From: Clostridia bacterium | GTDB lineage: Bacteria > Bacillota > Clostridia > Christensenellales > Borkfalkiaceae | Assembly: GCA_029059705.1 (NCBI GenBank) | Contig: JAIDVM010000041.1 | Span: 26,754-90,753 of the forward strand | Direction: 5' to 3' | Length of the DNA stretch: 64,000 nt | In this document: in pieces, positions 55,736 through 64,000 of the stretch | Position numbering within the stretch: the stretch's first letter is position 1 | Layout of the letters: the number at the start of each line of letters is the position of its first letter | The notes under the pieces: model-generated | What the model was told of the DNA's origin: nothing | Database searches by the model: none | Seen by the model: only the letters and a program-made list of their open reading frames with translations | Translations under genes and position numbers: made by a program

Positions 55736-57202
55736 TTAAAACGGAGGCTCCTCGTCGTCGGCGGGCGCCGATTCTTCGGTTAAAGGAGGCATATCCGGTT
55801 CGTCGCCCGCAACCTCGCGGCGGGGCGCGCCGCCTTCAACGCGCGCTTCAAGCTCCTCGTTTCTTTCGGGGTTGACGAATTTGGTAAGCTCGCCCTTAAA
55901 GCGAAGCTCTATCCTCTCCAAACCGCCGTTTCGGTTCTTTGCGATATTCAAAAACGCCTGTCCCTTTATTACCTTGTTGTTTTTAATATCGTCGGGCGAA
56001 GCGATTGCCTCGGGGCGGTTGATAAACATGACTATGTCTGCGTCCTGCTCGATAGCGCCCGATTCGCGGAGGTCGGAAAGCTGCGGCTCGCCCGACTGTA
56101 TACGCCTTAACTGCGACAGCGCGATTACGGGAACGTCCAGCTCCTTTGCCATAATCTTTAAATCCCTAGTAATGGACGCGACTTCCTGCACGCGGTTTTC
56201 GTCGCCGTATTTTTTGCCGCTCGACATAAGCTGGATATAGTCAATCATGATTAAGTCGAGTTTGCCGCCGTTGCGCGACTTTATTCTGCGGCATTTTGAA
56301 AGGATTTCGGCGGGGGTAACGCGCGAAGAATCGTCTATGTTTATGCGGCATTTTCTAAGCCGTTCGCTCGCCTTTGCGATTTTTTTCCAGTCGGAATTGT
56401 CAAGCTTGCCCGAAAGCGCCTTTGCCATGCTTACGTTTGCCGTGCTACAAAGGAGCCTTTGAATAATCTGCACCTCGGGCATTTCCAGCGAGAACACGGC
56501 GCAAACCTTGCCGTCTTCAACGGCGGCGTGTTCGACTATGTTCATGGCAAGCGAGGTTTTACCCATACCGGGGCGGGCGGCAAGGACGATTAAGTCCGAT
56601 TTCTGCAAACCGTTCGTAAGCTTGTCAAGGCGGATAAAGCCCGTTGCAACGCCGCGGAACGCGTCTCTGTTTTCGGAAATTTTATGAAATTTTTCCAAAA
56701 CGTTGTCTATGCCTTCGCTCTCTCTTATGTCCTTTACGCTCGAAGAATCGTTCACGCGCGAAACGGCGTAAACCTTTTCTTCGGCAAGCTGAACGCTCTT
56801 TATATGGTCGTCGCTCGTTTTGGCATAATCTATTATATCGCGCGCGGCGCGGATAAGCTTGCGGTTTATGCTGTCGCGCTTGACTATATCAAGGTAATAT
56901 TTGTAGTTTGCGGCGGAGGGCGTAACCTGAGCAAGCTCGGTTAAATAGGCAATTCCTCCCGCCTTTTCCAAATCGCCGTTACCGTCGAGCCTGTCCGCCA
57001 AGGTGATTATATCAAGCGGCTTGCGCTCGGCAAAATTCATCTTGATTGCGGAAATAATATACTGGTGCGATTCCTGATAAAAATCGTCCTTGTTAAGTCC
57101 GTCCAGAACGTCGGCAAGTATTTCGTTATCAATGAGCATGCACCCCAAAAGGGCTTGTTCGGCCTCCAAATTGTTGGGCATGACGTTTGTTTTGTCTGAC
57201 AT
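55736..57202 (-). CDS. dnaB: Replicative DNA helicase with an acidic C-terminal extension
   Basis: N-terminal NLEAEQALLG, Walker A ARPGMGKT, Walker B IMIDYIQL. Carries ~40 extra C-terminal residues. Confidence 0.95.
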   Translation of the reverse strand: MSDKTNVMPNNLEAEQALLGCMLIDNEILADVLDGLNKDDFYQESHQYIISAIKMNFAERKPLDIITLADRLDGNGDLEKAGGIAYLTELAQVTPSAANYKYYLDIVKRDSINRKLIRAARDIIDYAKTSDDHIKSVQLAEEKVYAVSRVNDSSSVKDIRESEGIDNVLEKFHKISENRDAFRGVATGFIRLDKLTNGLQKSDLIVLAARPGMGKTSLAMNIVEHAAVEDGKVCAVFSLEMPEVQIIQRLLCSTANVSMAKALSGKLDNSDWKKIAKASERLRKCRINIDDSSRVTPAEILSKCRRIKSRNGGKLDLIMIDYIQLMSSGKKYGDENRVQEVASITRDLKIMAKELDVPVIALSQLRRIQSGEPQLSDLRESGAIEQDADIVMFINRPEAIASPDDIKNNKVIKGQAFLNIAKNRNGGLERIELRFKGELTKFVNPERNEELEARVEGGAPRREVAGDEPDMPPLTEESAPADDEEPPF

Positions 57203-57219
57203 AGTACTCTGTAAACCTG

Positions 57220-58995
57220 TTAAATCCCCATTAAATTCTCAAATTCGGTTAAAGTTTCTTCAAATTCACGCATCGCAACCTTAAAAGGTTCGGTTGTGGA
57301 AAGGTCAATCCCCGCAAGCTTTAAAAGCGAAACGGGGTCGGTTGATGCCCCGCCTGAAAGGAATTTGAAGTAATCCTTTACCGCCTTTTCGCCTTCTGTT
57401 AATATGCGCTTTGCAATGTTGATTGCCGCGGTTATGCCCGTTGCGTATTTATAAACGTAGAACGCGCGGTAAAAGTGCGGTATCCTCGCCCACTCGCAGG
57501 AAATGTGATAATCGTGCTCTATTTCCTCGCCGTAATACTTTTTGCCTATGCCCGCGTACAAATTACACAAAAGCTCTTTGGTGAGCGGCTCTCCCTTTTC
57601 GGCGAGCGAGTGCGCTTCGTATTCGAACTCGGCAAACATAGTCTGGCGGTGAAGCGTTGCGCGGATTGAATCGAGATAGTAATTTAAAAGATACTTTCTC
57701 ATTTCGTTATCCCGCGCGTTTGCGAGCATGTATTTTAAAAGCAGAACCTCGTTCACAGTGCTGGCAACTTCCGCCACGAAAATTTTGTATTGGCTCTTTG
57801 CGTAAGGCTGGTTTTTCTGCGAGAAATAAGTGTGCAGCGAGTGCCCCATTTCGTGAGCTATGGTAAAAACTTCGCTAATCGTGGGCTTATAATTCAACAG
57901 CACGAAGGGGTGAACGCCGTGACAGCCCGTGCTGTAAGCGCCGTTGCGCTTGCCGTCCGTTTCCTCAACGTCTATCCAGCGCTCGTCGTAGCCGCGCTGC
58001 AAAAGCTTTTGATAATCGCCGCCCAGCGCCGCAAGCCCCTTTACCACATAAGCGTAAGCCTCGTCATAGCCAAGCTTTAACTCAACGCCGTTTACAAGCG
58101 GCGCGTACATATCGTAAAAATATTGCTTATCGAGCTTTAAAAACTTTTTTCTGTCAGCAATGTAGCGATGCATTGCGGGGAGATTTTCGTTTACCGCCTT
58201 TAATAAATTGTCGTAAACCTTTTTGTCTACGTCCTCGGCAAACAGCGCGCGTTCGAGACACGAATTATACTTATAAGCCTTGCTTAAAAACACGTCCTTT
58301 TTAACGTTCCCGCCGTAAACCGAAGTTATCGTGTTTATTAAGCCTTCGTAAGCGGCGTAATATTTTTCGTAAGCTTCCTTTCTCTTTTCGCGGTTGTCGG
58401 AGTGAAGAATTATTCCGTAAAGCCCGTGCGTGAGCTTAACCTTTTCGCCCTCCCACTCGATTTCGGGGAAAGGTAAATCGAGATTGTCGATATAGCCGAA
58501 AATATCGTAAAAATTTTCAAATATTTCGCCCGCCATGCCTATTAACCGCTCTTCCGCTTCGGAAAGCACGTGCGGCTTGCCCGCAAGTATGCGCTTTAAC
58601 GCATAATCGAAGTCGGAAAAGCGCTTGTCGGCGATTATATTTTTTAAATAACTTTCGTCGCAGGCGGCAAGCTCGGGTTCGACGAAAGCCGCTTCGGTTG
58701 CGTATTTTGAATATAGCGCGGCGATTTTTGCATAGTAAGCGGCATATTTTGCGTTAGCCGCGTCCTCGTCCTTGCGCATGTGCGCATAAACGCCAAGCCT
58801 GTCCGCCAATTTGGAAAATTCTTCGTCCTTTCTTAAAAACTTTAAAAGCGTTTCAGCGTTTGAAAGCTTGCCCGCGAATTCCGAAAAATCGAGCGACTTT
58901 TCGGCAAGCGCAAAGTCCTTTTCCCACTCCTTATCCGAAGAATAAATATCTTCGATTTTCCATTTGTATTTTTCTTTGACTTCTTGTCTGTTCAT
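57220..58995 (-). CDS. pepF: Oligoendopeptidase F (M3B)
   Basis: HEMGH zinc motif; 591 aa. Confidence 0.9.
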   Translation of the reverse strand: MNRQEVKEKYKWKIEDIYSSDKEWEKDFALAEKSLDFSEFAGKLSNAETLLKFLRKDEEFSKLADRLGVYAHMRKDEDAANAKYAAYYAKIAALYSKYATEAAFVEPELAACDESYLKNIIADKRFSDFDYALKRILAGKPHVLSEAEERLIGMAGEIFENFYDIFGYIDNLDLPFPEIEWEGEKVKLTHGLYGIILHSDNREKRKEAYEKYYAAYEGLINTITSVYGGNVKKDVFLSKAYKYNSCLERALFAEDVDKKVYDNLLKAVNENLPAMHRYIADRKKFLKLDKQYFYDMYAPLVNGVELKLGYDEAYAYVVKGLAALGGDYQKLLQRGYDERWIDVEETDGKRNGAYSTGCHGVHPFVLLNYKPTISEVFTIAHEMGHSLHTYFSQKNQPYAKSQYKIFVAEVASTVNEVLLLKYMLANARDNEMRKYLLNYYLDSIRATLHRQTMFAEFEYEAHSLAEKGEPLTKELLCNLYAGIGKKYYGEEIEHDYHISCEWARIPHFYRAFYVYKYATGITAAINIAKRILTEGEKAVKDYFKFLSGGASTDPVSLLKLAGIDLSTTEPFKVAMREFEETLTEFENLMGI

Positions 58996-59004
58996 TTATT
59001 ACCT

Positions 59005-60360
59005 CTAATTTTTGTTCGAATGAATGGGCGCGGGAATAAGCCCTCCGCGTGAAATGAATTTTGCGGCGCTTTCCGCATGGACGGGCATAATAGGCGCTCT
59101 GCCCAAAAGCCCGCCGAAGTTTACCTCGTCGCCCTCTTTTTTGTTGGGTGCGGGGATAATTCTTACCGCCGTCGTCTTGTTATTAATCATGCCTATCGCG
59201 GCCTCGTCGGCGATTATCGCGCTTATGGTCGAAGCCGAAGTTTCGCCGGGGACGGCTATCATGTCAAGCCCCACCGAGCAGACCGCTGTCATAGCCTCTA
59301 ATTTGTCTATGCAAAGCGTGCCGCGCTCGGCTGCCTCTATCATGCCTATGTCCTCGGAAACGGGGATAAACGCGCCCGAAAGCCCGCCCACGCGCGAGCT
59401 TGCCATTACACCGCCCTTTTTAACCGCGTCGTTGAGCATTGCAAGGCAAGCGGTGGTTCCGTGGGTTCCCACGCTTTCAAGCCCCATCTCCTCTAAAATA
59501 GCGGCGACGGAATCGCCCCTTGCGGGCGTGGGCGCGAGGGATAAATCCACTATGCCGAACTCAGCGCCGAGCCGTTTTGCCGCTTCCTTTGCGATTAACT
59601 GCCCCGCACGCGTAATTTTAAACGCCGTGCGTTTCACCGTTTCGGCAACCTCGGTTAAATCCGCGTCCTTTACGGCTTCGAGCGCGTGCTGAACAACACC
59701 GGGGCCCGATACGCCTACGTTGATAACCGTTTCGCCCTCGCCAACGCCGTGGAACGCGCCCGCCATAAAGGGGTTGTCCTCAACCGCGTTGCAGAACACA
59801 ACGAGCTTGGCACAGCCGAAGCCGTCGCTTGCCGCCGTTTTTTGCGCGGTTTCCTTTATTATCTCACCCATAAGCTTTACGGCGTCCATGTTTATGCCCG
59901 ACTTAGACGAGCCGATATTTACCGACGAGCACAGCCTTTCGGTATCCGCCAGCACTTCGGGAATTGTGCGGATAAACTTTTTTTCGTAATCCGTCATGCC
60001 CTTGTGCACGAGCGCGGAATAGCCGCCCAAAAAGTCAACGCCGACAGCCTTTGCGGCGTTGTCCAGAGCTTTGCCTATTAAATAGGATTTTTCGGCAAAC
60101 GGCGCGCAGATTAAGCTTGCGGGAGTTATCGAAATCCGTTTGTTTACGATTGGTATTCCGTACTCGCGCGAAAGGTCGCCCGTTACCTTAACTATATTTT
60201 CGGCACGCTTGCAAATCGTGTCGTAAACCTTATCGGCAGTTTTTTGAGCCGTTCCCGATATGCAGGACAAAAGCGAAACGCCCATTGTAACCGTGCGGAT
60301 ATCAAGGTGTTCGCGCTCAATCATGTTTACCGTTTCCAAAACGTCGTTTGTGTTAAACAT
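59005..60360 (-). CDS. UPF0210 (DUF711) family protein
   Basis: Family-typical N-terminus ...[21 protein letters not shown]. Paired with the small ACT protein. Confidence 0.8.
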   Translation of the reverse strand: MFNTNDVLETVNMIEREHLDIRTVTMGVSLLSCISGTAQKTADKVYDTICKRAENIVKVTGDLSREYGIPIVNKRISITPASLICAPFAEKSYLIGKALDNAAKAVGVDFLGGYSALVHKGMTDYEKKFIRTIPEVLADTERLCSSVNIGSSKSGINMDAVKLMGEIIKETAQKTAASDGFGCAKLVVFCNAVEDNPFMAGAFHGVGEGETVINVGVSGPGVVQHALEAVKDADLTEVAETVKRTAFKITRAGQLIAKEAAKRLGAEFGIVDLSLAPTPARGDSVAAILEEMGLESVGTHGTTACLAMLNDAVKKGGVMASSRVGGLSGAFIPVSEDIGMIEAAERGTLCIDKLEAMTAVCSVGLDMIAVPGETSASTISAIIADEAAIGMINNKTTAVRIIPAPNKKEGDEVNFGGLLGRAPIMPVHAESAAKFISRGGLIPAPIHSNKN

Positions 60361-60369
60361 ATTTCCTCT

Positions 60370-60639
60370 TTAAACGCTGTGCATCGCGTTGAAAATTTCT
60401 TCGTGCTGAACGTGAACGGACATACCTATGTTTTTGCCCATTTCGGCGCATTGCACGGCGAGAGTTCCAAGCTCCACGTCGGCTTGCGCCAAATCCACAA
60501 GCATAATCATTGCAAAATAATCTTCCAAAATCGTCTGGCTGATGTCAAGAATGTTTACGCCCCTTTCCGCAAGAAAAGCCGAAACCTTTGCAATTATGCC
60601 TTTTTTGTCCTTACCTACTACGGTTACAACCGCTCTCAT
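60370..60639 (-). CDS. ACT domain protein (UPF0237)
   Basis: MRAVVTVVGKDKKGIIAKVSAFLAERGVNILDISQT. Confidence 0.85.
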   Translation of the reverse strand: MRAVVTVVGKDKKGIIAKVSAFLAERGVNILDISQTILEDYFAMIMLVDLAQADVELGTLAVQCAEMGKNIGMSVHVQHEEIFNAMHSV

Positions 60640-61382
60640 AGTTCCTCCGTTATTATCGCGCTCTTGCCGCGCAACGTAAAATTAAAAAACGTGTGCCACG
60701 CCGTTGAAACGTGTTTAAACTTAACCGACCACCACGGCACGACGCCGACGAGAAATTTTTTGTGGTAATCGCCGTTTTCGCCGTTATCCGAATCGCGGCT
60801 GTCGCTGCTGTCGTTGCGGTTATCGCCCAAAAGGAAATAACTGTTTGCGGCAACGACGTGCTCGCCGCTTCCGTCCGCGGGATAATTGTAATAGAGCGCG
60901 TTTACGTTTACGCCCTCGACGTTGTAAAGAGGCGAAACGTAGCTTTCGTCAACCTGTAAAAACTCGGCTTGACCGCTCTTTTTCAAAAAAAGCTTGCCCT
61001 CGACGATTTTAACGCTGTCGCCGCCGAACGCCACAACGCGTTTTATTATGTTAGTATTCTTCTTTTGGTCGAACACCACGACTATATCGCCGTAAGCAGG
61101 CGTTGCGCGCTCGTTTATATAGATATAATCGCCGCCCGCTTCGTTTACGGACGGAGCGCCCGTAAGCGTGGGCGTCATAGAACCGTGCACCACGTAAAGC
61201 CCCGTGTACATGGAATTGAAGATTATTTCGCAAACGATAAGAAATCCGATTATAACGAGTATTACGTTTAAAACTATGCTGCCGGCGTTCAGTCTGCGTT
61301 TGCCGTAAAGACAGTTGCCGACGCTCGATAAGCTTTCGGGTTGCGGTTCGTTCGACGTTTTCCCGCTATCAGAAAAATCCAT
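60636..61382 (-). CDS. lepB: Signal peptidase I
   Basis: GSMTPTL (Ser), IKRVVAFGGD (Lys) and GDNRNDSSDSR boxes. Single TM. Confidence 0.9.
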   Translation of the reverse strand: MDFSDSGKTSNEPQPESLSSVGNCLYGKRRLNAGSIVLNVILVIIGFLIVCEIIFNSMYTGLYVVHGSMTPTLTGAPSVNEAGGDYIYINERATPAYGDIVVVFDQKKNTNIIKRVVAFGGDSVKIVEGKLFLKKSGQAEFLQVDESYVSPLYNVEGVNVNALYYNYPADGSGEHVVAANSYFLLGDNRNDSSDSRDSDNGENGDYHKKFLVGVVPWWSVKFKHVSTAWHTFFNFTLRGKSAIITEEL

Positions 61383-61395
61383 TTAAATACCTTTT

Positions 61396-63072
61396 TTAAA
61401 GCCACATTACGTTGTTTACGGCAAATTTTTCTTTGCAGTTTAACGACAGCGTCATGTTAGGGGTAAACGCGGCAAGCGGCATGCCCCCTTCCGTTTTTAA
61501 ATTTTTACATTCAAGCACAAGCTTTTGCCAAACGCCGCCCGCAATGCTTGCCGAATAAACGTATACTTCACGGGTTGAAAGCTCAGTTACGGTAACGGTA
61601 AACGCCGCGTTTTCGTCCGTGAACACGTCCAAAGACAACATACTCCCCGTAAGCGGAGCGTATCTCGGCGAATTCATTCTGTAAGTGGTAAGCCCGCCCT
61701 TGCAGTAAAGCCCCTTTATCCCTTTGGCTTTCGTAACCGCTGCGGGAAGGGCCGAGGAATCGGGGAAAAATACGCCGCCTATTCCGACTTCCTTGGGCGA
61801 AGCTATGCAAAAGCCTTCGGCGCCGCCCGCGTTGGAATAGATTACGCGGCAGCGGGTTTGCATGTTGCGGAATTTGCCGCTGATTTTTTTAACCGCCATT
61901 TTTGACCAAACGGTGAAGCCGTTGGAATAGGTTACGTGGCACAAAACGTAAACGGTTGAGCATTTTTCGTAAATATTAAGCCCGAAAACCTGCTCGTGAT
62001 TTGAAATTTTTTCGAGAAAGGGGCACTTTACCCATTCTCTTATGGACGAAACTATGTTGTCCTCGGCAAGATAAACGTTGCACTTTTCCATTATCCCCCT
62101 GTCGTCGAAGTTGACGCGCGCAACGAGGTTTGCCTTTTTGTCCACTTCAACCGTTACTTCGGCGGGTTTGGGAATGAACACCTGACGCTTTTTTAAATAT
62201 TTGTCTAAGAACATAAACATGTCGTTTACGCTCTTTTCGCCTATGCCCGAGTTGCAGCGCACGGAATAAGAAATTGCGCTCTGCTCCAAAAATTCGGGAT
62301 TAATGCGCGAGAAAGTGTCGTAAGCTCTGTCGTAATCGAAGCGTCTGTCGTTGGTTGAGCAAAGCATTAACACGGGGCACTTTACGTAAGGCGCGTAAGC
62401 CTGCGAGTCGATTCCCGCGATAAAGCGGTATCTTTCGCTGTCGAGTTGCGGTTCTTCGTTTAAATATTTGCTTACGCCCGCATAAGCCTTCCAGCCCGCC
62501 GCGCAGACGGGAATTATGCACGAAAGCTTAACCGCCGCGCCAACCTTCCACGCGATTTCGCCGCCGTCGCGCCAGCCGACCACGGCAATGCCGCTGCCGC
62601 CCGTGCGCTCCCTTACGTATTTGCATGCGTAAACGCCGACGGCAACCCACTCGTACCAGCTTGTTACGTCGGCGCTTTCGTCAACGAAGTCCTTGTATCT
62701 TCCGCACATGCGCGTGTTGGCGTAACCCACGCACTCGGGGTATTCGGTAAAGAAATTGCAGTCCTTCCACTTGCCGCGGTAGTCAACCATAAGCGCGGAA
62801 TAGCCGCGGCTTACGAAAAACTTTAAAACGCCCTCGTCAATCGTTTCGGAGCTGTCCGAAAAGATGACTACCGTTTCGAGCGAAGGCGAAAGGGAATCGT
62901 AGGCGAAAGCGGCGGCTATTTTTACTCTGCCGTCGTCGGTGTTGCGCCCGAAAAAGCTTACGCGCTCCACAACGACGCCGTCCGTTTCGGTTGCGGAAAT
63001 TATTTCGGCGTTAGTGTCAAGCGAATCGTCGAATTGTCCCCATAATGAAAGCGGTGTTAAAATATTTGCCAA
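61396..63072 (-). CDS. Alpha/beta-hydrolase-like (acetyl-xylan-esterase-like N-domain) protein, probably non-catalytic, with a beta-rich C-terminal domain
   Basis: AXE1-like layout, but GWRDGG (62560-62577) sits where GxSxG is expected. TTG start has a GAGGAG RBS. Confidence 0.5.
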   Translation of the reverse strand: MANILTPLSLWGQFDDSLDTNAEIISATETDGVVVERVSFFGRNTDDGRVKIAAAFAYDSLSPSLETVVIFSDSSETIDEGVLKFFVSRGYSALMVDYRGKWKDCNFFTEYPECVGYANTRMCGRYKDFVDESADVTSWYEWVAVGVYACKYVRERTGGSGIAVVGWRDGGEIAWKVGAAVKLSCIIPVCAAGWKAYAGVSKYLNEEPQLDSERYRFIAGIDSQAYAPYVKCPVLMLCSTNDRRFDYDRAYDTFSRINPEFLEQSAISYSVRCNSGIGEKSVNDMFMFLDKYLKKRQVFIPKPAEVTVEVDKKANLVARVNFDDRGIMEKCNVYLAEDNIVSSIREWVKCPFLEKISNHEQVFGLNIYEKCSTVYVLCHVTYSNGFTVWSKMAVKKISGKFRNMQTRCRVIYSNAGGAEGFCIASPKEVGIGGVFFPDSSALPAAVTKAKGIKGLYCKGGLTTYRMNSPRYAPLTGSMLSLDVFTDENAAFTVTVTELSTREVYVYSASIAGGVWQKLVLECKNLKTEGGMPLAAFTPNMTLSLNCKEKFAVNNVMWL

Positions 63073-63082
63073 AGTGAACTCC

Positions 63083-64000
63083 TCAGCAACTGAGCTGCAC
63101 GGTTGAACCGTGGCTTTCGGTTGCTTTTTTAACGGTTATTTTGCTGTCTATTCTGTGTTTTAATTCCTCGACGTGGCTGATTACCCCGATGGTAAAGCTT
63201 GAGCTTTTTAACTTTTCAAGCGCGCTCATCACCGTGTCGACAAGCGTGGAATCGAGCGTTCCGAAGCCTTCGTCAAGGAAGAAAAATTCGATGGATTTCA
63301 ATGATTTTGCGCAAATTGTTTGCGAGAGCGCAAGCGCTAGCGAGAGTGAAACCAAAAACGTTTCGCCGCCCGAAAGCGTGTTTACGCCGCGTAAGTTGCC
63401 GCAGTCGAAGTTGTCGGCAACGAAAAAATTATTGTCCTTATAAGACAGAAAATATCTGCCGTCGGTAAGCTTTAATAAAGTGGACGAGGCGAGCGCGGAG
63501 ATATCGCACAAATATTCGTTGGCGATGAACTCCATAAATTTATTGCCCTTTGTTACCTCTTTCAAAGCAAGAATTAAATTTCTTTCCTTTTCTATGCGCT
63601 CGGCTTCCTTTAAAATTTCCGCCTTTTCGGCAAGCCGTTTTTCAAGCGTTTTGCAGCCTTCGGCAAGAACCGCCTTATTGCCCGTAAGCGCTTTTACGTC
63701 GGTTTCGAGAGCTTCGCGCTCCTTTAAGCACGCGTTATACGCCTCGTCGGAATAACCCGAATTTGCGTATTCCTTTAAGGAATTATGCTTTTCAGTAAGC
63801 GCGGAAAGCTGCCTTTCGTATTCTTCCAAGGTTTTTTCCGCGTCGCCGTAGCCGCAATATTTTCCGGCAAGGGCTTTGCAAGCCTCGAACGACGGAAAGC
63901 CGCCGTCCGTAACCGTTTTTTCAAGCTTTGCGTTTAACGCGGCGCAATCCTTTTCAGCCGCCGCCTTTAACGCCTTTTGACGTTCTATATTTATATTTAA
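63083..64000 (-). CDS. sbcC: SbcC-type SMC-like nuclease ATPase, C-terminal part (gene continues beyond the right edge)
   Basis: Signature LSGGETFLVSLSLALALS and Walker B FFLDEGFGTLD. The coiled-coil frame stays open to position 64000. Confidence 0.85.
   Translation of the reverse strand, partial: LNINIERQKALKAAAEKDCAALNAKLEKTVTDGGFPSFEACKALAGKYCGYGDAEKTLEEYERQLSALTEKHNSLKEYANSGYSDEAYNACLKEREALETDVKALTGNKAVLAEGCKTLEKRLAEKAEILKEAERIEKERNLILALKEVTKGNKFMEFIANEYLCDISALASSTLLKLTDGRYFLSYKDNNFFVADNFDCGNLRGVNTLSGGETFLVSLSLALALSQTICAKSLKSIEFFFLDEGFGTLDSTLVDTVMSALEKLKSSSFTIGVISHVEELKHRIDSKITVKKATESHGSTVQLSC

Overview
This 64-kb chromosomal window comes from a spore-forming Firmicute, probably class Clostridia. 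Flanking DNA is about 50% G+C by eye, and I cannot name the species. About 80% of genes lie on the minus strand, tightly packed, with many ATGA or TAATG stop/start overlaps.

**Housekeeping core.**
- Translation, replication and repair: pth-mfd, prs, tadA, rlmH, T-box-controlled pheST and dnaB. There is also a Sua5/YwlE-like/RpiB block, plus a partial sbcC at the right edge.
- Metabolism and processing: thyA-folA, uppP, class I fumarate hydratase subunits, pepF and lepB.
- Sporulation: yunB and spoVAC-AD-AE.
- RNA genes: a Bacillus-type large SRP RNA, tRNA-Pro(CGG) and tRNA-Leu(CAG).
- Many near-perfect TTGACA-17-TATAAT promoters and hairpin terminators can be read directly.

**Accessory content worth a second look.**
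1. An AT-rich, roughly 12-kb Wzx/Wzy mannose-type glycan island sits between yunB and the spoVA operon.
   - Decayed gene fragments lie at both ends.
   - It has no priming transferase.
   - It encodes a 743-aa protein joining a guanylyltransferase, a degenerate cupin and a type I phosphomannose isomerase.
2. A collagen-like (G-X-T) protein is translationally coupled to a GT2-TPR glycosyltransferase. This resembles BclA-type exosporium glycoprotein loci.
3. A conserved but uncharacterised radical-SAM/DUF4130 DNA modification-or-repair pair sits behind a consensus promoter.
4. DnaB carries an SSB-like acidic C-terminal tip, DDEEPPF.
5. Several small XRE regulators have duplicated palindromic operators. 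Two further XRE domains are fused to membrane or zinc-ribbon modules.
6. ComEC has a catalytically degenerate beta-lactamase domain, and an alpha/beta-hydrolase-like protein lacks its nucleophile.

I found no CRISPR array, integrase, transposase or recognisable defence system.

**Limits.** All calls rest on motif recognition and manual reading. No database search or numerical computation was run.
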